From a virus, in the IMG/VR virus record IMGVR_UViG_3300045988_118370, positions 81,863-145,862 of that record: DNA of 64,000 nt; one strand, given 5' to 3'. The translations under genes and the position numbers were made by a program. Numbering within the stretch: the first letter of the stretch is position 1; every line of letters starts with the position of its first letter. Below the pieces are notes generated by a model that saw nothing but the letters and a program-made list of their open reading frames with translations, was not told where the DNA came from and made no database searches. Shown in pieces: positions 27,464 to 36,978 of this stretch.

Positions 27464-27745
27464 TTAAAATACGTAAGCATTAAATTTATACATATAGAAC
27501 TCGCCATCCATAAGAAGAAGTTTATCAACCTCTTTCTGATAATCCACTTCTGTTCTCCACCAATCGGGCTTAGGAAGAGGGAGATCGAAGTATTCAATTC
27601 GTTGCGTTTCCATAATGTCTTCTTCGATCGCACCTTCAAGGAAAGCGAGATATAACTCTTCCGCTTCTGCTTCTGAAATATTGGCGAAGGTCCAAGACTT
27701 ACTGGTCATCTCATCTTCAATTTTATAACAAGAAATTTCTTTCAT
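27464..27745 (-). CDS. hypothetical protein (93 aa)
   Basis: ORF. Confidence 0.5.
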   Translation of the reverse strand: MKEISCYKIEDEMTSKSWTFANISEAEAEELYLAFLEGAIEEDIMETQRIEYFDLPLPKPDWWRTEVDYQKEVDKLLLMDGEFYMYKFNAYVF

Positions 27746-27756
27746 AATTATTCTCC

Positions 27757-28077
27757 TTACATTTCAACCGCATCAACGAAATCAATGAAAACATCATTTG
27801 CGACCTCGTTCATCATATCGAGGTAAGAAGAAAATCTTCTTGTCCACTCGCCGGTCATCTCACCGTGGTAAAGATACCAATCATAATCAGAATCTTTCTG
27901 AATTGTCTCGAACTGACGCTCCATAAGGCTATCATCGACCATATCTCGACAATACTCCATAAACATTTCCTGCATATCAGCTTCGGACGCATTCAGGAAA
28001 TAGAAATTATGGTCTCCGGCCGTATCACAAAGAATACCAATGGAATGAGTTTTAATCTTAGAATTAGAAGTAGTCAT
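27757..28077 (-). CDS. hypothetical protein (106 aa)
   Basis: ORF with a type-1 promoter at 28085-28150. Confidence 0.5.
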   Translation of the reverse strand: MTTSNSKIKTHSIGILCDTAGDHNFYFLNASEADMQEMFMEYCRDMVDDSLMERQFETIQKDSDYDWYLYHGEMTGEWTRRFSSYLDMMNEVANDVFIDFVDAVEM

Positions 28078-28174
28078 AATTTTTATTTCCTTTCTTTACT
28101 TTATATATATATTATATATTATTTTTTATAAAAAATCAAAAAAGGATTTGCGGTTTACGCAAATCCTTTAAAGA

Positions 28175-28390
28175 TCAGAGAACGGGAACATATTCGTAAT
28201 AGACAATCATATGTTCAAGTGCTTTATTATAGATCTGAGCATCGAACTTATGACAGTGGAATTGCTCTTCGACGTTCTTCTCGATAGCAGACATAGTAAT
28301 TTCAAGCGCATCAGATTCACCGAGATTTGTTGCGCAATAAATTTCATCGCGAGACTCATTATAGATGAATAAAACAGGGATACGACTCAT
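28175..28390 (-). CDS. hypothetical protein (71 aa)
   Basis: ORF. The hairpin at 28140-28172 is its terminator. Confidence 0.45.
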   Translation of the reverse strand: MSRIPVLFIYNESRDEIYCATNLGESDALEITMSAIEKNVEEQFHCHKFDAQIYNKALEHMIVYYEYVPVL

Positions 28391-28448
28391 ATATTATTCC
28401 TCCATTAATTGATTTTACCCAAAATTTTTGTTATAATATATTTAGAAA

Positions 28449-28694
28449 TTAAAAGATTTCAATCGCGTTTTCAAAAAGATTGAGAAATTCATCAGCCACT
28501 TCGGAAGTTGCGAGAAGGCCGGTAGAAGAACCGCCATACCAATCAATGTAGATACGCGTGAGTGGACTACCGCCTGCTTCCGCAATCTCATCCGCATACT
28601 GCTTAGAATCGACCGCAGAAAAGCTAACGCTATTGATATTATTAGTATTGATAAGATACTTAATACCGCGGAAGTTGTGTAAAATTACAGTCAT
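28449..28694 (-). CDS. hypothetical protein (81 aa)
   Basis: ORF. Confidence 0.5.
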   Translation of the reverse strand: MTVILHNFRGIKYLINTNNINSVSFSAVDSKQYADEIAEAGGSPLTRIYIDWYGGSSTGLLATSEVADEFLNLFENAIEIF

Positions 28695-28706
28695 CTAAAT
28701 GCCTCC

Positions 28707-28961
28707 TTAGTATAAGAAATTTCTAAGTTGTCTCATAACTGCCATACCATCAGGATCATTGTCCTCGAACTCATATGAATAAAGAGTTTTATTACTCATA
28801 CAAAAATCAAGTTTTGTTTCAAAAGTTTCAGTAGAAATACTGTCATTGTCTGAATTATCCTTAGTAGTATGGGAAATAAGGACCGCGATAATTTCATTCG
28901 CATTAAGAAAAACGCTGTCGCCGTTAGACATTTTTAAATAAATCAAATCACCTTTGTTCAT
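28707..28961 (-). CDS. hypothetical protein (about 84 aa)
   Basis: Internal ATG (MNKGDLIYLK...) with RBS GGAGAAG. The longer track ORF would overlap the upstream gene by 128 nt. Confidence 0.45.
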   Translation of the reverse strand: MNKGDLIYLKMSNGDSVFLNANEIIAVLISHTTKDNSDNDSISTETFETKLDFCMSNKTLYSYEFEDNDPDGMAVMRQLRNFLY

Positions 28962-28962
28962 T

Positions 28963-29562
28963 TTACTTCTCCACAATATAGTCTTTTGCCACGTCTGTTC
29001 CTTCTGGAATATAAAGATAAGCTCGCGTTGATTTAGTGCAGACAAAGAACCACTCTCTCCAATCGCCATAACGAGGGAGACGCTTTTCAATGTGCGGAAC
29101 CTGATTAGAGTAAATAACTACTGTGCTATTCACGGGATAATTTTCAGTGCTTGTAATGCCATCAGCACTGAGTGTAAGATAAGTGTAATAAACACTTTCC
29201 CCTTCGAATGCGCGGTAAGTATAGATATTGCCATCATTATCCATACTTGTTAGCTCTTGGGCTTCCGCAATCGTATAATCATACTTAGAATAGTCCTTAT
29301 TAACAGAAGACATTATAACTCCACCAAACATACCCACGGCAAGATAAAGACAAACGCCGATCCAAAAGGCGGGAATAATTTGACGGGGAATGTTAACGCG
29401 GTCGCGGTGAGACCAATTGCGGAAGCGCTTGGCCTTAGGATCGGAAAGAGTGCTGTAATAGCCATAGCTACAATAAGCAGAATGAATGGCGAAAATCAGA
29501 AAAATAATTAAGGTCGGTAGAACAAATCCGCCCACCAGCGTTTTCAAGAAGAAGATAAACAT
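28963..29562 (-). CDS. membrane protein (199 aa)
   Basis: Two N-terminal TM helices. Confidence 0.55.
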   Translation of the reverse strand: MFIFFLKTLVGGFVLPTLIIFLIFAIHSAYCSYGYYSTLSDPKAKRFRNWSHRDRVNIPRQIIPAFWIGVCLYLAVGMFGGVIMSSVNKDYSKYDYTIAEAQELTSMDNDGNIYTYRAFEGESVYYTYLTLSADGITSTENYPVNSTVVIYSNQVPHIEKRLPRYGDWREWFFVCTKSTRAYLYIPEGTDVAKDYIVEK

Positions 29563-29576
29563 ATTTAAAAACTCCT

Positions 29577-30026
29577 TTAAAGAATAGGTTTGAGGTTATC
29601 GCAACAATTGAAATCTCTCATACAACCATTTTCTTCGCTGAAACAAGAACAACCATTTTGGCATGTGTCTCGGACAATGTCGGGATTACGGACATTCATA
29701 ACGGTTTGCATATTTCCAACGACTTCTCGCTTTTGGATCATTTTCGGCGTGTCGGGAGAAGCATTAAATGCGCAGTTCACATTTTGTTCACAATTAGCGC
29801 ATGTGTTAAGTTTTGCCCAACATTTATTACAATAAGTGTTGCCTTGATCGTCGATGATCATTTGCTTATGGAAAATTGGAGTATGACATACTTTACAAGT
29901 GTAATATTCACCGCAAAGAAAATTATCGCAGATCGCATGATTTGGATCAATTGTATTGCCTGTGATTTGACATAATCCGGTTGTTGGCCGGTAATAACCG
30001 CAGTTATTACAATAAAAAGTCATCAT
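29577..30026 (-). CDS. Cys-rich protein with multiple zinc-ribbon-like motifs (149 aa)
   Basis: 26 Cys in CxxC spacing patterns, for example CNNCGYY and CNKCWAKLNTCANC. Confidence 0.55.
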   Translation of the reverse strand: MMTFYCNNCGYYRPTTGLCQITGNTIDPNHAICDNFLCGEYYTCKVCHTPIFHKQMIIDDQGNTYCNKCWAKLNTCANCEQNVNCAFNASPDTPKMIQKREVVGNMQTVMNVRNPDIVRDTCQNGCSCFSEENGCMRDFNCCDNLKPIL

Positions 30027-30277
30027 AGTGTTTTAGCAGAATAGGGTTCATCTTCGCTGTCAAATTTTAGAATCTTGTTAGCAAGATCGCGGTTGACGCG
30101 CAAAGGGCCATCGTCAAGAGGGGTAAATGCGACAGTAATAAGATCGTCGAAATACTCTTCTGCCCAACGACCAGCCTCAGTGAGAGTTTCCGCGAAGATA
30201 AAACCGCACGTAAATCTATCCATTTTATCAGAGTCGTCCCAATAGCGCGCTTCATAATAAACGGGGCATTGTTTCAT
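30023..30277 (-). CDS. hypothetical protein (84 aa)
   Basis: ORF. Confidence 0.5.
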   Translation of the reverse strand: MKQCPVYYEARYWDDSDKMDRFTCGFIFAETLTEAGRWAEEYFDDLITVAFTPLDDGPLRVNRDLANKILKFDSEDEPYSAKTL

Positions 30278-30293
30278 ATTTATTTTCCTTTCT

Positions 30294-30632
30294 TTAAGAA
30301 ATTGTGGAGATTAGAAAAATCTCGGGATCATCGAGGCTTTCAATGGGGATTTTAAGAAACTTTGCATAAGCTTCTTTCATCGCGTCATTAAGGCGATAAT
30401 ACTCCTGCGGAGCGATGAAGATATTGTCGATGCGGATGGCTTCACCTGCGGAAGACTCACCGAGAAGATAGCCGAAGATAGGATTCTCGTCGTTATCATA
30501 ATCGCTTGCGCGATGCCAATAACCTTCCTCGGTAAGCTGTTCGATAGCTTCAGTCATATTATCATAGTTCTCAAGAAGGTTCTTGGGGACTTTATAACCA
30601 CATACGAGCTTAGAACCAAAATCAACAGACAT
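30294..30632 (-). CDS. hypothetical protein (112 aa)
   Basis: ORF. Confidence 0.5.
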   Translation of the reverse strand: MSVDFGSKLVCGYKVPKNLLENYDNMTEAIEQLTEEGYWHRASDYDNDENPIFGYLLGESSAGEAIRIDNIFIAPQEYYRLNDAMKEAYAKFLKIPIESLDDPEIFLISTIS

Positions 30633-30633
30633 A

Positions 30634-30831
30634 TTACTTATCCTCCTTAAAAATAGAATTGATAAAAGTGCTATATTCAGTGGGTCTTACATAATACGCG
30701 GTTTTCGCTTCATTATCCCAAAAAATCATCACAAGTTTATCCGACCCAGAATTCTTTACGGAAATTGAATGAATATGAGTCGTATTAAGGATATGAGTTT
30801 GACCTTGATTATCAATAAGTTTAGCAAGCAT
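30634..30831 (-). CDS. hypothetical protein (65 aa)
   Basis: ORF with a type-1 promoter at 30840-30900. Confidence 0.45.
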   Translation of the reverse strand: MLAKLIDNQGQTHILNTTHIHSISVKNSGSDKLVMIFWDNEAKTAYYVRPTEYSTFINSIFKEDK

Positions 30832-31039
30832 TTTTTATCACCTTTAATAGTTTTTCTTTATTTTATATTTATATTATATATTAAAATTTAATAAAAATCA
30901 ATAAAGAATAAGCGATTGGACAAAAATGTTAAATGTAATTAAATGTTAAAAAATTGTGTTAAAATTTTAGACATCTATGTGTAGGTATTAGAGATCGCTA
31001 TGCTTAGGATAGAAGGAACATTAGACGGGAAAACCGCGT

Positions 31040-31200
31040 CTTTTTACCAAAAATGGTCATTTCAAATGAAAATGGTCAAAATTTTCTATATGTTGGTCAA
31101 AAATTTCTATAAAAATGGTCAAAAATTTCTATATTTTTGGTTAAAAAATGGTAGATAAATGGTCAAAAATTTCTATATTTTTGGTTGTATTTTTTAGGTC
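31040..31200. repeat. iteron-like direct repeats (about 5 copies of aaaatggtcaaaaatttctata)
   Basis: Tandem, imperfect repeats with variable spacing immediately upstream of the plus-strand winged-helix gene. Confidence 0.7.
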
Positions 31201-31256
31201 AGGAACAAATAATAGATTATAAATAATTTTTAAATAATAGTGAGAGGAGGTGTGTT

Positions 31257-31880
31257 ATGGAGATAAAGAAAAATTCTCGATAGATTCCCTCTGTTCCGAC
31301 TATTACACGAGAAAAAGATTATTGTGATTTATTATATGCTTGGTTGTAGTGTCATTCAGAGAGAATTACTATGGATAGTGAAGGTCGTCGAATTAATAAG
31401 TCATTAGTTAAATGGACGGCCATAGAAAAAGACTTTGTTAGAACATTGTCAGATGGCACAACTGAAAAAGTTATGTCAAGAAAAACTATTGCGAAATATT
31501 TCAAATATTTAGAAGATAAAGGTTTAATTCAATTACAAGATGATGGTTATTATTATTTGACTATATTAGATGCTACAGAAGCTAATTTAATTGAATATAA
31601 TACTTTATCTAAATTAATAAATGTTTTATAGAAAAATAGTTTGAGTATTTATGTTTATTTGTTTAATAGATATTACGCCAATGGTTTTTAGCCATTTATT
31701 GCTACTATTAAATAGATAAAAGAATTTATTGGTATTGCCACTACCACAACATCTAATAATATTATTGTAGATGATACAATTGATATTTTAAAAAGATTAG
31801 GATTATTAGATTATAGAATTAAAACTGAAGATAATAAAAGTTATTTAGAGTTTTAGTGGGTAAAGAACGCGTTAGAATAA
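31257..31880 (+). CDS. putative origin-binding or replication-initiator-like winged-helix protein; 6 in-frame TAG read as sense
   Basis: RBS GAGAGGAGG 6 nt before ATG 31257. The frame is open through TAGs to TAA at about 31878 (207 aa). The wHTH segment RKTIAKYFKYLEDKGLI sits in the track fragment 31371..31631, whose own stop is a TAG. Flanked by iteron arrays on both sides. Confidence 0.5.
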
Positions 31881-31960
31881 AAATGGTCAAAATTTTCTGA
31901 CGGAGTGGTCAAAATTTTCTGATAAATGGTCAAAATTTTCTACATTTTGGTCGTTTTTTA
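31881..31960. repeat. second iteron array (4 copies of tggtcaaaattttct)
   Basis: Same core repeat as 31040-31200, immediately downstream of the wHTH gene. Confidence 0.65.
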
Positions 31961-32087
31961 GAAACCATATAAATAGTAATAGTAATAGTTTTTAAAATAG
32001 AGGGTATATATTTATAAAACTCCGGGCTACGCCCTTCGTTTTATAAATATATACCGGGGTATTTTTTGAGAGTAAAAGGAGTAAAAT

Positions 32088-32339
32088 ATGAGTTATAGTT
32101 ATACAGATATAAGAGGCGGGAAAGGCAATCCTTCAATAATAAGATTTGTAAGAGGAACGCAAGAATAGTTTGATAAGATGGATAAAACAAATATGATAAA
32201 ACCTGAATTATATATGAGAGATGATATTCTTTATTTTGTTATTCCAAGTAATACAAAACCAGTAAAAGTAGCATTTGACAATGATAGACCTGAATCAATA
32301 GAAGAAAATCCATTCTTACAAGAGTCAATTGACTTTTGA
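32088..32339 (+). CDS. hypothetical protein (83 aa) with one in-frame TAG
   Basis: RBS AAAAGGAGTAAAAT before the ATG. TGA stop. Confidence 0.4.
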
Positions 32340-32569
32340 CTCGGATACTACGTATCCTCGTTGATAAGGGTATTATTGACTTCGGGCATAAATGCCCTCG
32401 TTTATAGGGGTATTATTTGATTTATAATAAATAATATATTATAATATATATAATAAAAGAAAAAATGAAATGAAAATAATACCCCGTAGGCAGGGAGGAT
32501 CGTAGATCCGAGTCGCCTGCCGGCGTGGCGAACGCAATTTCAAATGAAAAAACGAAAAGGAAAAATGAA

Positions 32570-32941
32570 ATGAAATTTACGATTGAAGAATTAAAGAAGA
32601 ATAATGGAGAAAAGGTAGGCGTCTTCCGCAATTGGAATGTAATTGCTACTACTAAGAAAGAGTTCTTTAATAGAGAGAATACGCAAGGCGCATATCTTAT
32701 TTGGGACGATTGTAATAAGTTGGTTTTTAATGGTAAGGTTCTTGGTCGAATTAGTGAGCAAGGTAAGGTGGAATATATTGAGAGTGAGTATAGATATGTG
32801 AAGCCTGTATTAGAAGAGAAACCGCAGGCTACTAATTCTGTTGCTCCTGGATCTGAGGATGTGGATCTCAGTAAGAGAACGCTTGCTGATGATATTCTTG
32901 ATAGTGCATTTAAAACAAAGTTGGAGGAGTTGCTTGTATGA
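32570..32941 (+). CDS. hypothetical protein (about 123 aa)
   Basis: ATG with RBS AAAGGAAAAATGAA. The track ORF start at 32525 is upstream. A possible 24-aa hydrophobic micro-ORF follows at about 32938-33012. Confidence 0.5.
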   Translation: MKFTIEELKKNNGEKVGVFRNWNVIATTKKEFFNRENTQGAYLIWDDCNKLVFNGKVLGRISEQGKVEYIESEYRYVKPVLEEKPQATNSVAPGSEDVDLSKRTLADDILDSAFKTKLEELLV

Positions 32942-33235
32942 GTGGTATTATTTGGTTTTTAATTGGTGTAGCTGTTGGATATTGCATATGGAACGCTGGA
33001 AGAGACCGATAATAGACCTATATTGGTTGATTCGCTTCTGGATAGTGATTAAGTTTTTAGGTTCAGAATCGGATGACGTAGAGTAAAGTGCGGTTGAGTG
33101 GAATAATTGATCGGAAATATAGAAATTATTATGAATTGCTGAAATTTGCGAAAATGCTGGAAATTGTGGTCGTGTGGTGCCGATCGGTTTAACCAATCAC
33201 CAACCACATTTTCCCCGTCTCCGATCTCCGAACCT

Positions 33236-33275
33236 AAAAAAAAGAGAGACTTTTTTTAGTCTCTCTTTTTTCATA
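33236..33275. terminator. hairpin AAAGAGAGACT-ttttt-AGTCTCTCTTT flanked by A and T runs (bidirectional)
   Basis: Ends the plus-strand locus and faces the minus-strand genes. Confidence 0.6.
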
Positions 33276-33338
33276 TTAGGCAATTCTTGGTGAAATTGTC
33301 GATTCTTAGGATGAAAAATATCTCACCCGACACATTGT

Positions 33339-33716
33339 TCACTTATTGATGAAAGTATTCAAAAAATCGGCAATTACATCATCATCAGTTCTCTTGACCT
33401 TCTTAACCTTTACTTTTTCACTCTTGGGAAAAAGCACGTCAAGAAGATCGTTAACCCCGGTCATAAGACCGTAAACCTCAGCAAAGATGTTCTCCACATC
33501 GGACGCGGTCAACGCGGAATCCTTGTAGCCATTAAGAGCGGCATACTCGTTAATCCGATCGGCGATTTCCTGCGCGAGCGCGGTCTTCCGATCGGCCTGC
33601 TTGGTTTCCTTCTCCACCTGCTTAACCGCATCGTTCAGAGACTTAGCCATTTCGTCCGCAATAGCCTGAGCGTCCTCACCATTTTTCAGACGAGCAATAA
33701 TATCATTCATATCCAT
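33339..33716 (-). CDS. hypothetical protein (about 125 aa)
   Basis: Start at MDMNDIIARL with RBS AAGAGGTATTCAT. The longer track ORF begins inside the promoter. Confidence 0.5.
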   Translation of the reverse strand: MDMNDIIARLKNGEDAQAIADEMAKSLNDAVKQVEKETKQADRKTALAQEIADRINEYAALNGYKDSALTASDVENIFAEVYGLMTGVNDLLDVLFPKSEKVKVKKVKRTDDDVIADFLNTFINK

Positions 33717-34084
33717 ATGAATACCTCTTTTCTTATTTTCTATATATATTATATACTTTTTTTTTAAAAATGTCAAGATTTTTTTAAATGAAAACATACG
33801 TGTGAAACAATGTAAGGGCGAAGCAATTTTTAATTAATCATAAAGGCATATGATCCTACGCGGGCTTAAAAAAGTCTTTTTTTATTATTATAACATATTT
33901 TTTATAAAAAGTCAATTTTCGGGATTTTTTTGGGCCATATGGAGAGGTGCTAGAAGTATGAGAAATTTTGCATATGGGTATACCGATCGGAAACTCGGCC
34001 CGGCACGTTCCACCGCGGGCCGGCCAAATAAACTGAGCATTCCGGGATTTTAGTCTGAGTCTATTTTAGACGCTTTTTTCGCGC

Positions 34085-34230
34085 AAAATTTGCTAAACCT
34101 ATAATTATTTCGAAATTCCGCCCGGAGCGTCAGTGATCGGGCGGTCCATTATACCACATTTTCCGATCGGTGTCAATAGGCAAAATACACAAAAAAAATC
34201 AGCAGGTTTTAGCCAACCTGCTGATTGAAT
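34085..34230. promoter_or_regulatory. cassette copy 0 (GC hairpin, minus-strand consensus promoter, bidirectional terminator; plus promoter weak)
   Basis: Hairpin ccgcccggagcgtcagtgatcgggcgg. Revcomp promoter CCTATTGACACCGATCGGAAAATGTGGTATAATGG. Terminator aatcagcaggttttagccaacctgctgatt. Confidence 0.6.
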
Positions 34231-34232
34231 AT

Positions 34233-34649
34233 TTATGCAAGAAATGCGCTTACAATTTCATCGAAAACCGTGGGGTTAATGTCCACGTTAAAAAAGCGGT
34301 CATTCTTGCGGAACGCTTTGGGGTATCGTCTAATCAGTTCCGCACGCAACGCGCTTTCCGCACCCTCGGCGGGATAGTCCCCGCAAGAACGGATTCGATG
34401 AACTTCAACGCGCGTGATAGAATACTTTTTCGAGTATTCGCCGATTTCATCACGCAAGCGCCCTACAACGTCTTTTGCGGACGTGCCTACCTTGTTAAAT
34501 TCAAGTTTGTTGTTGTTGTAAAACTTGAAAAAGTAGACCGCTTGAACGTCTTTCAGATTCTCGCCACAATTAGGCATAAACTCCATTGAAACGGGTGGTC
34601 TACCGTCCTTAAATCGGCGTAGCTTAATAGTAATTTCTTCCATCGGCAC
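34233..34649 (-). CDS. GIY-YIG nuclease-domain protein (138 aa)
   Basis: AVYFFKFYNNNKLEFNKVGTSAKDVVGRL aligns with the I-TevI segment GIYQIKNTLNNKVYVGSAKDFEKRW. Conserved R, E and N follow. Confidence 0.6.
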   Translation of the reverse strand: MPMEEITIKLRRFKDGRPPVSMEFMPNCGENLKDVQAVYFFKFYNNNKLEFNKVGTSAKDVVGRLRDEIGEYSKKYSITRVEVHRIRSCGDYPAEGAESALRAELIRRYPKAFRKNDRFFNVDINPTVFDEIVSAFLA

Positions 34650-34766
34650 AAAATCCTCTCTATTGATTGAGGTTTACCATCGTTCTCTCAACCATTATTT
34701 TTTACCCTTTTTTGCTTGTTTTTGGGTGAAAAACCGCATTTTTCAGCGGTTTTTCACCCTTTTTCG

Positions 34767-35174
34767 TCAGTTTTTGGGCTTTCGCTTTTGAATCAGGGTC
34801 AATTCATAGTCATTTTCGCCCACATGGAACGCAATCATGCGCTCGACATTCGTAATTTCTACATTTTCGCACGCATTTTCGCTGTTTTCACGCAAAAAAG
34901 TCGCAAGTTCAGCGATAATCGAGCGTTTTGTGGGGTTTTCCTTGCGCTGTCGCTTCTCAAACTTATAAGCGGTCGGCGCTTTGCGTGTTCCGGTCTTAGA
35001 ATACTTGTTAGCTTCTTTCAGCTTTTCCGCGGACAGGTCAAAGTCCTTGGCGATTCCATGGTCAATGTCATCATCGTCCATGAGAATTTCTTTTGCTTCC
35101 TCGGCAGTACAATCCAACTTTTTCATCAGATTATCAATCTTTGCCTGAAAGTCCTTTTCACTCATTTTAGGCAT
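34767..35174 (-). CDS. hypothetical protein (135 aa)
   Basis: ORF. Confidence 0.5.
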   Translation of the reverse strand: MPKMSEKDFQAKIDNLMKKLDCTAEEAKEILMDDDDIDHGIAKDFDLSAEKLKEANKYSKTGTRKAPTAYKFEKRQRKENPTKRSIIAELATFLRENSENACENVEITNVERMIAFHVGENDYELTLIQKRKPKN

Positions 35175-35274
35175 TTCTTTTGCCCCCTTTCAAGTATGAT
35201 TATAACACCGCCGTCAGCAAATGTCAAGAGAAATTTTTGGGAGCGCCTAATTTTTTTTAGGCGCTCCCCCTGAA

Positions 35275-35652
35275 TCAGTGAGCGAGACGGAAGTAGGACT
35301 TGCGCTTGTCCACAATCTTCTCGACGCCGTTCGCTTCAATCATCTGACGCAGAAGAGCGGAAACGCGCTGGTTGGTGAGGTCGCCCAGACCGTCCACGTT
35401 CTTGATGAGGTCGGTCACGGTATACAGCTTGTCAGGATTCGCGGACAGCTCAGCGAAGATAATGTCCTTGTAGCCGTCGTTGGCAATCTGATTCGCGGTC
35501 GGCTTCTTATCTCCCGAGTTCTTACGAGCCAACAGGTCAATCTCGTGATTGATAAACTCAACCATAGCGGGGTCAGCCTGAACCTCGCTCATTTTGAGCA
35601 GAGCCTCGAAACGGTCGCGCTTGGTGAGCTTCTTAACAGTAGAAGTAGACAT
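35275..35652 (-). CDS. family-1 paralog (putative winged-helix protein, about 125 aa)
   Basis: Start at MSTSTVKKLTKRD with RBS AAAGGAATTGATACT. About 75 percent identical to 37898..38278. Confidence 0.6.
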   Translation of the reverse strand: MSTSTVKKLTKRDRFEALLKMSEVQADPAMVEFINHEIDLLARKNSGDKKPTANQIANDGYKDIIFAELSANPDKLYTVTDLIKNVDGLGDLTNQRVSALLRQMIEANGVEKIVDKRKSYFRLAH

Positions 35653-36184
35653 AGTATCAATTCCTTTCTTTGGCGGTAGGTCGCTACCCTTTTGATATAT
35701 TGAGTATACCACATTTTAGAGTGCTTGTCAAGAGGTTTCACAAACTTTTCACACGAATTACTACCCCGACCTGACGGATAATTTATTGTTTGTTGATTCA
35801 ATCTATTTGTCAGCGGAAAACCGCGTCAAGGATAGTTGGTTCAATCAAACTCACTTTCGCGTTCAACGTTTGGCTTTACAACGTGGTGTATTATGTTTTC
35901 TTCCTGTACTTTCTCAAGGTCGCGCGCCCTCGGATTTCTTGGGCTACTCCCTCTTGACATTTTCTATTGTAGCACACTCGCTGGGATTTGTCAAGAGGTT
36001 TTCAAGAAAAAACTCATGAATTTTTTCTTTTATCCCGTGCGTTCCGCTCCGAAGAGACCTTAACGTAATAGGTGAACGGTCTATTGCTACTTCCAACCGT
36101 AGCCCCACACCGACCTGTGGCTCAGGGGTTCCCCTCTTGACATTATCTATTATAACAGATTGCCCACGGATTACAATTGACAAA

Positions 36185-36380
36185 ATAACCAAATTACGGG
36201 AAAAAATTTTCTTTACTTTTGTGCAACTTTTCTCTTGACAAAATTGGCGGGGCGTGATATAATGGTGAATTCGGCCCGCTTTGGGCGTTGGCGGGCCGGC
36301 CATTTTATCATAAAAGTTCTTGTTTGTCAATAGACAAAATAGACAAAAAAAACTACCCATTTTTGGGCAGTTTTTTTATT
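36185..36380. promoter_or_regulatory. cassette copy 1 (plus promoter, GC hairpin, facing minus promoter, terminator)
   Basis: TTGACA at 36235-36240, 17-nt spacer, TATAAT at 36258-36263. Hairpin ggcccgctttgggcgttggcgggcc. Revcomp promoter TTGACAAACAAGAACTTTTATGATAAAAT. Terminator aactacccatttttgggcagttttttt. Confidence 0.65.
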
Positions 36381-36626
36381 TTAGTCCAGCAGGTTAATCT
36401 CACCGGGAATTTTGAAAGAATCAGCGTCCAGTGTGGAATTGTAGTCCTCGGTAAAAAGGTCAATCATTCCACATTCCATGATGTAATTCTGCACCGCCCG
36501 CTGAACATTTCTCCAAAGGTCAATCTTTCGGCTTTCCTCGCGGGCTTTTCTGGCTTCCTGTATCTGGATAATGAGTTCGTCCAGTTCCTCGTCGGTCATG
36601 TAATTCAAATCTAAATCCATTTTCAA
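36381..36626 (-). CDS. hypothetical protein (81 aa)
   Basis: ORF. Confidence 0.5.
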   Translation of the reverse strand: MKMDLDLNYMTDEELDELIIQIQEARKAREESRKIDLWRNVQRAVQNYIMECGMIDLFTEDYNSTLDADSFKIPGEINLLD

Positions 36627-36910
36627 AACTCCCCTTTAATTGCTTCTTTCCATGCATCCCAGCCGAATTTTTCCTCGCGGTCTAACTTCTTGCCAATGTC
36701 TTTTGCGGTCAGTAGGTCAAGCTCGTCCGCAATCTCATCTTCAAAGTTTACCCAAGAGTCGTAGGTCTGAATAATGAAAACTTCATCGGCTTCAAAGACG
36801 CCACCGCACTCGGCGCAGATAATATAGTCATGGTCGATTAAAATGCCCATGTGAGGGTCATTGTCATCAGGGACTACAAAAAGGACTTGTTTAGCGTTCA
36901 TGTGAAACAC
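36623..36910 (-). CDS. hypothetical protein (95 aa)
   Basis: ORF, coupled. Confidence 0.5.
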   Translation of the reverse strand: MFHMNAKQVLFVVPDDNDPHMGILIDHDYIICAECGGVFEADEVFIIQTYDSWVNFEDEIADELDLLTAKDIGKKLDREEKFGWDAWKEAIKGEF

Positions 36911-36978
36911 CTCTTTCGTTTGATGTATTGATTATACCATAGGGAATAGGACTTGTCAAGCCCTATTCCCTATTTTTT

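Noticed and set aside
31040-31200. The possibility that the direct repeats at 31.0-31.2 kb and 31.88-31.96 kb are a CRISPR array
   Set aside because: The repeats are about 20 bp, imperfect and irregularly spaced, with no unique spacers. There are no cas genes. The iteron interpretation fits better.
33850-34053. Track ORF 33850..34053(+) and a 44-codon minus-strand ORF in the GC-rich stretch 33950-34080
   Set aside because: No RBS. The sequence is dominated by GC palindromes (GGCCGGCCCGCGG) adjacent to cassette copy 0, so it is more likely structured non-coding sequence.
35944-36360. Track ORF 35944..36360(-), 138 aa
   Set aside because: It reads straight through cassette copy 1 (promoters, GC hairpin, terminator) and has no RBS. 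The frame is an artefact of a stop-poor GC-rich repeat.
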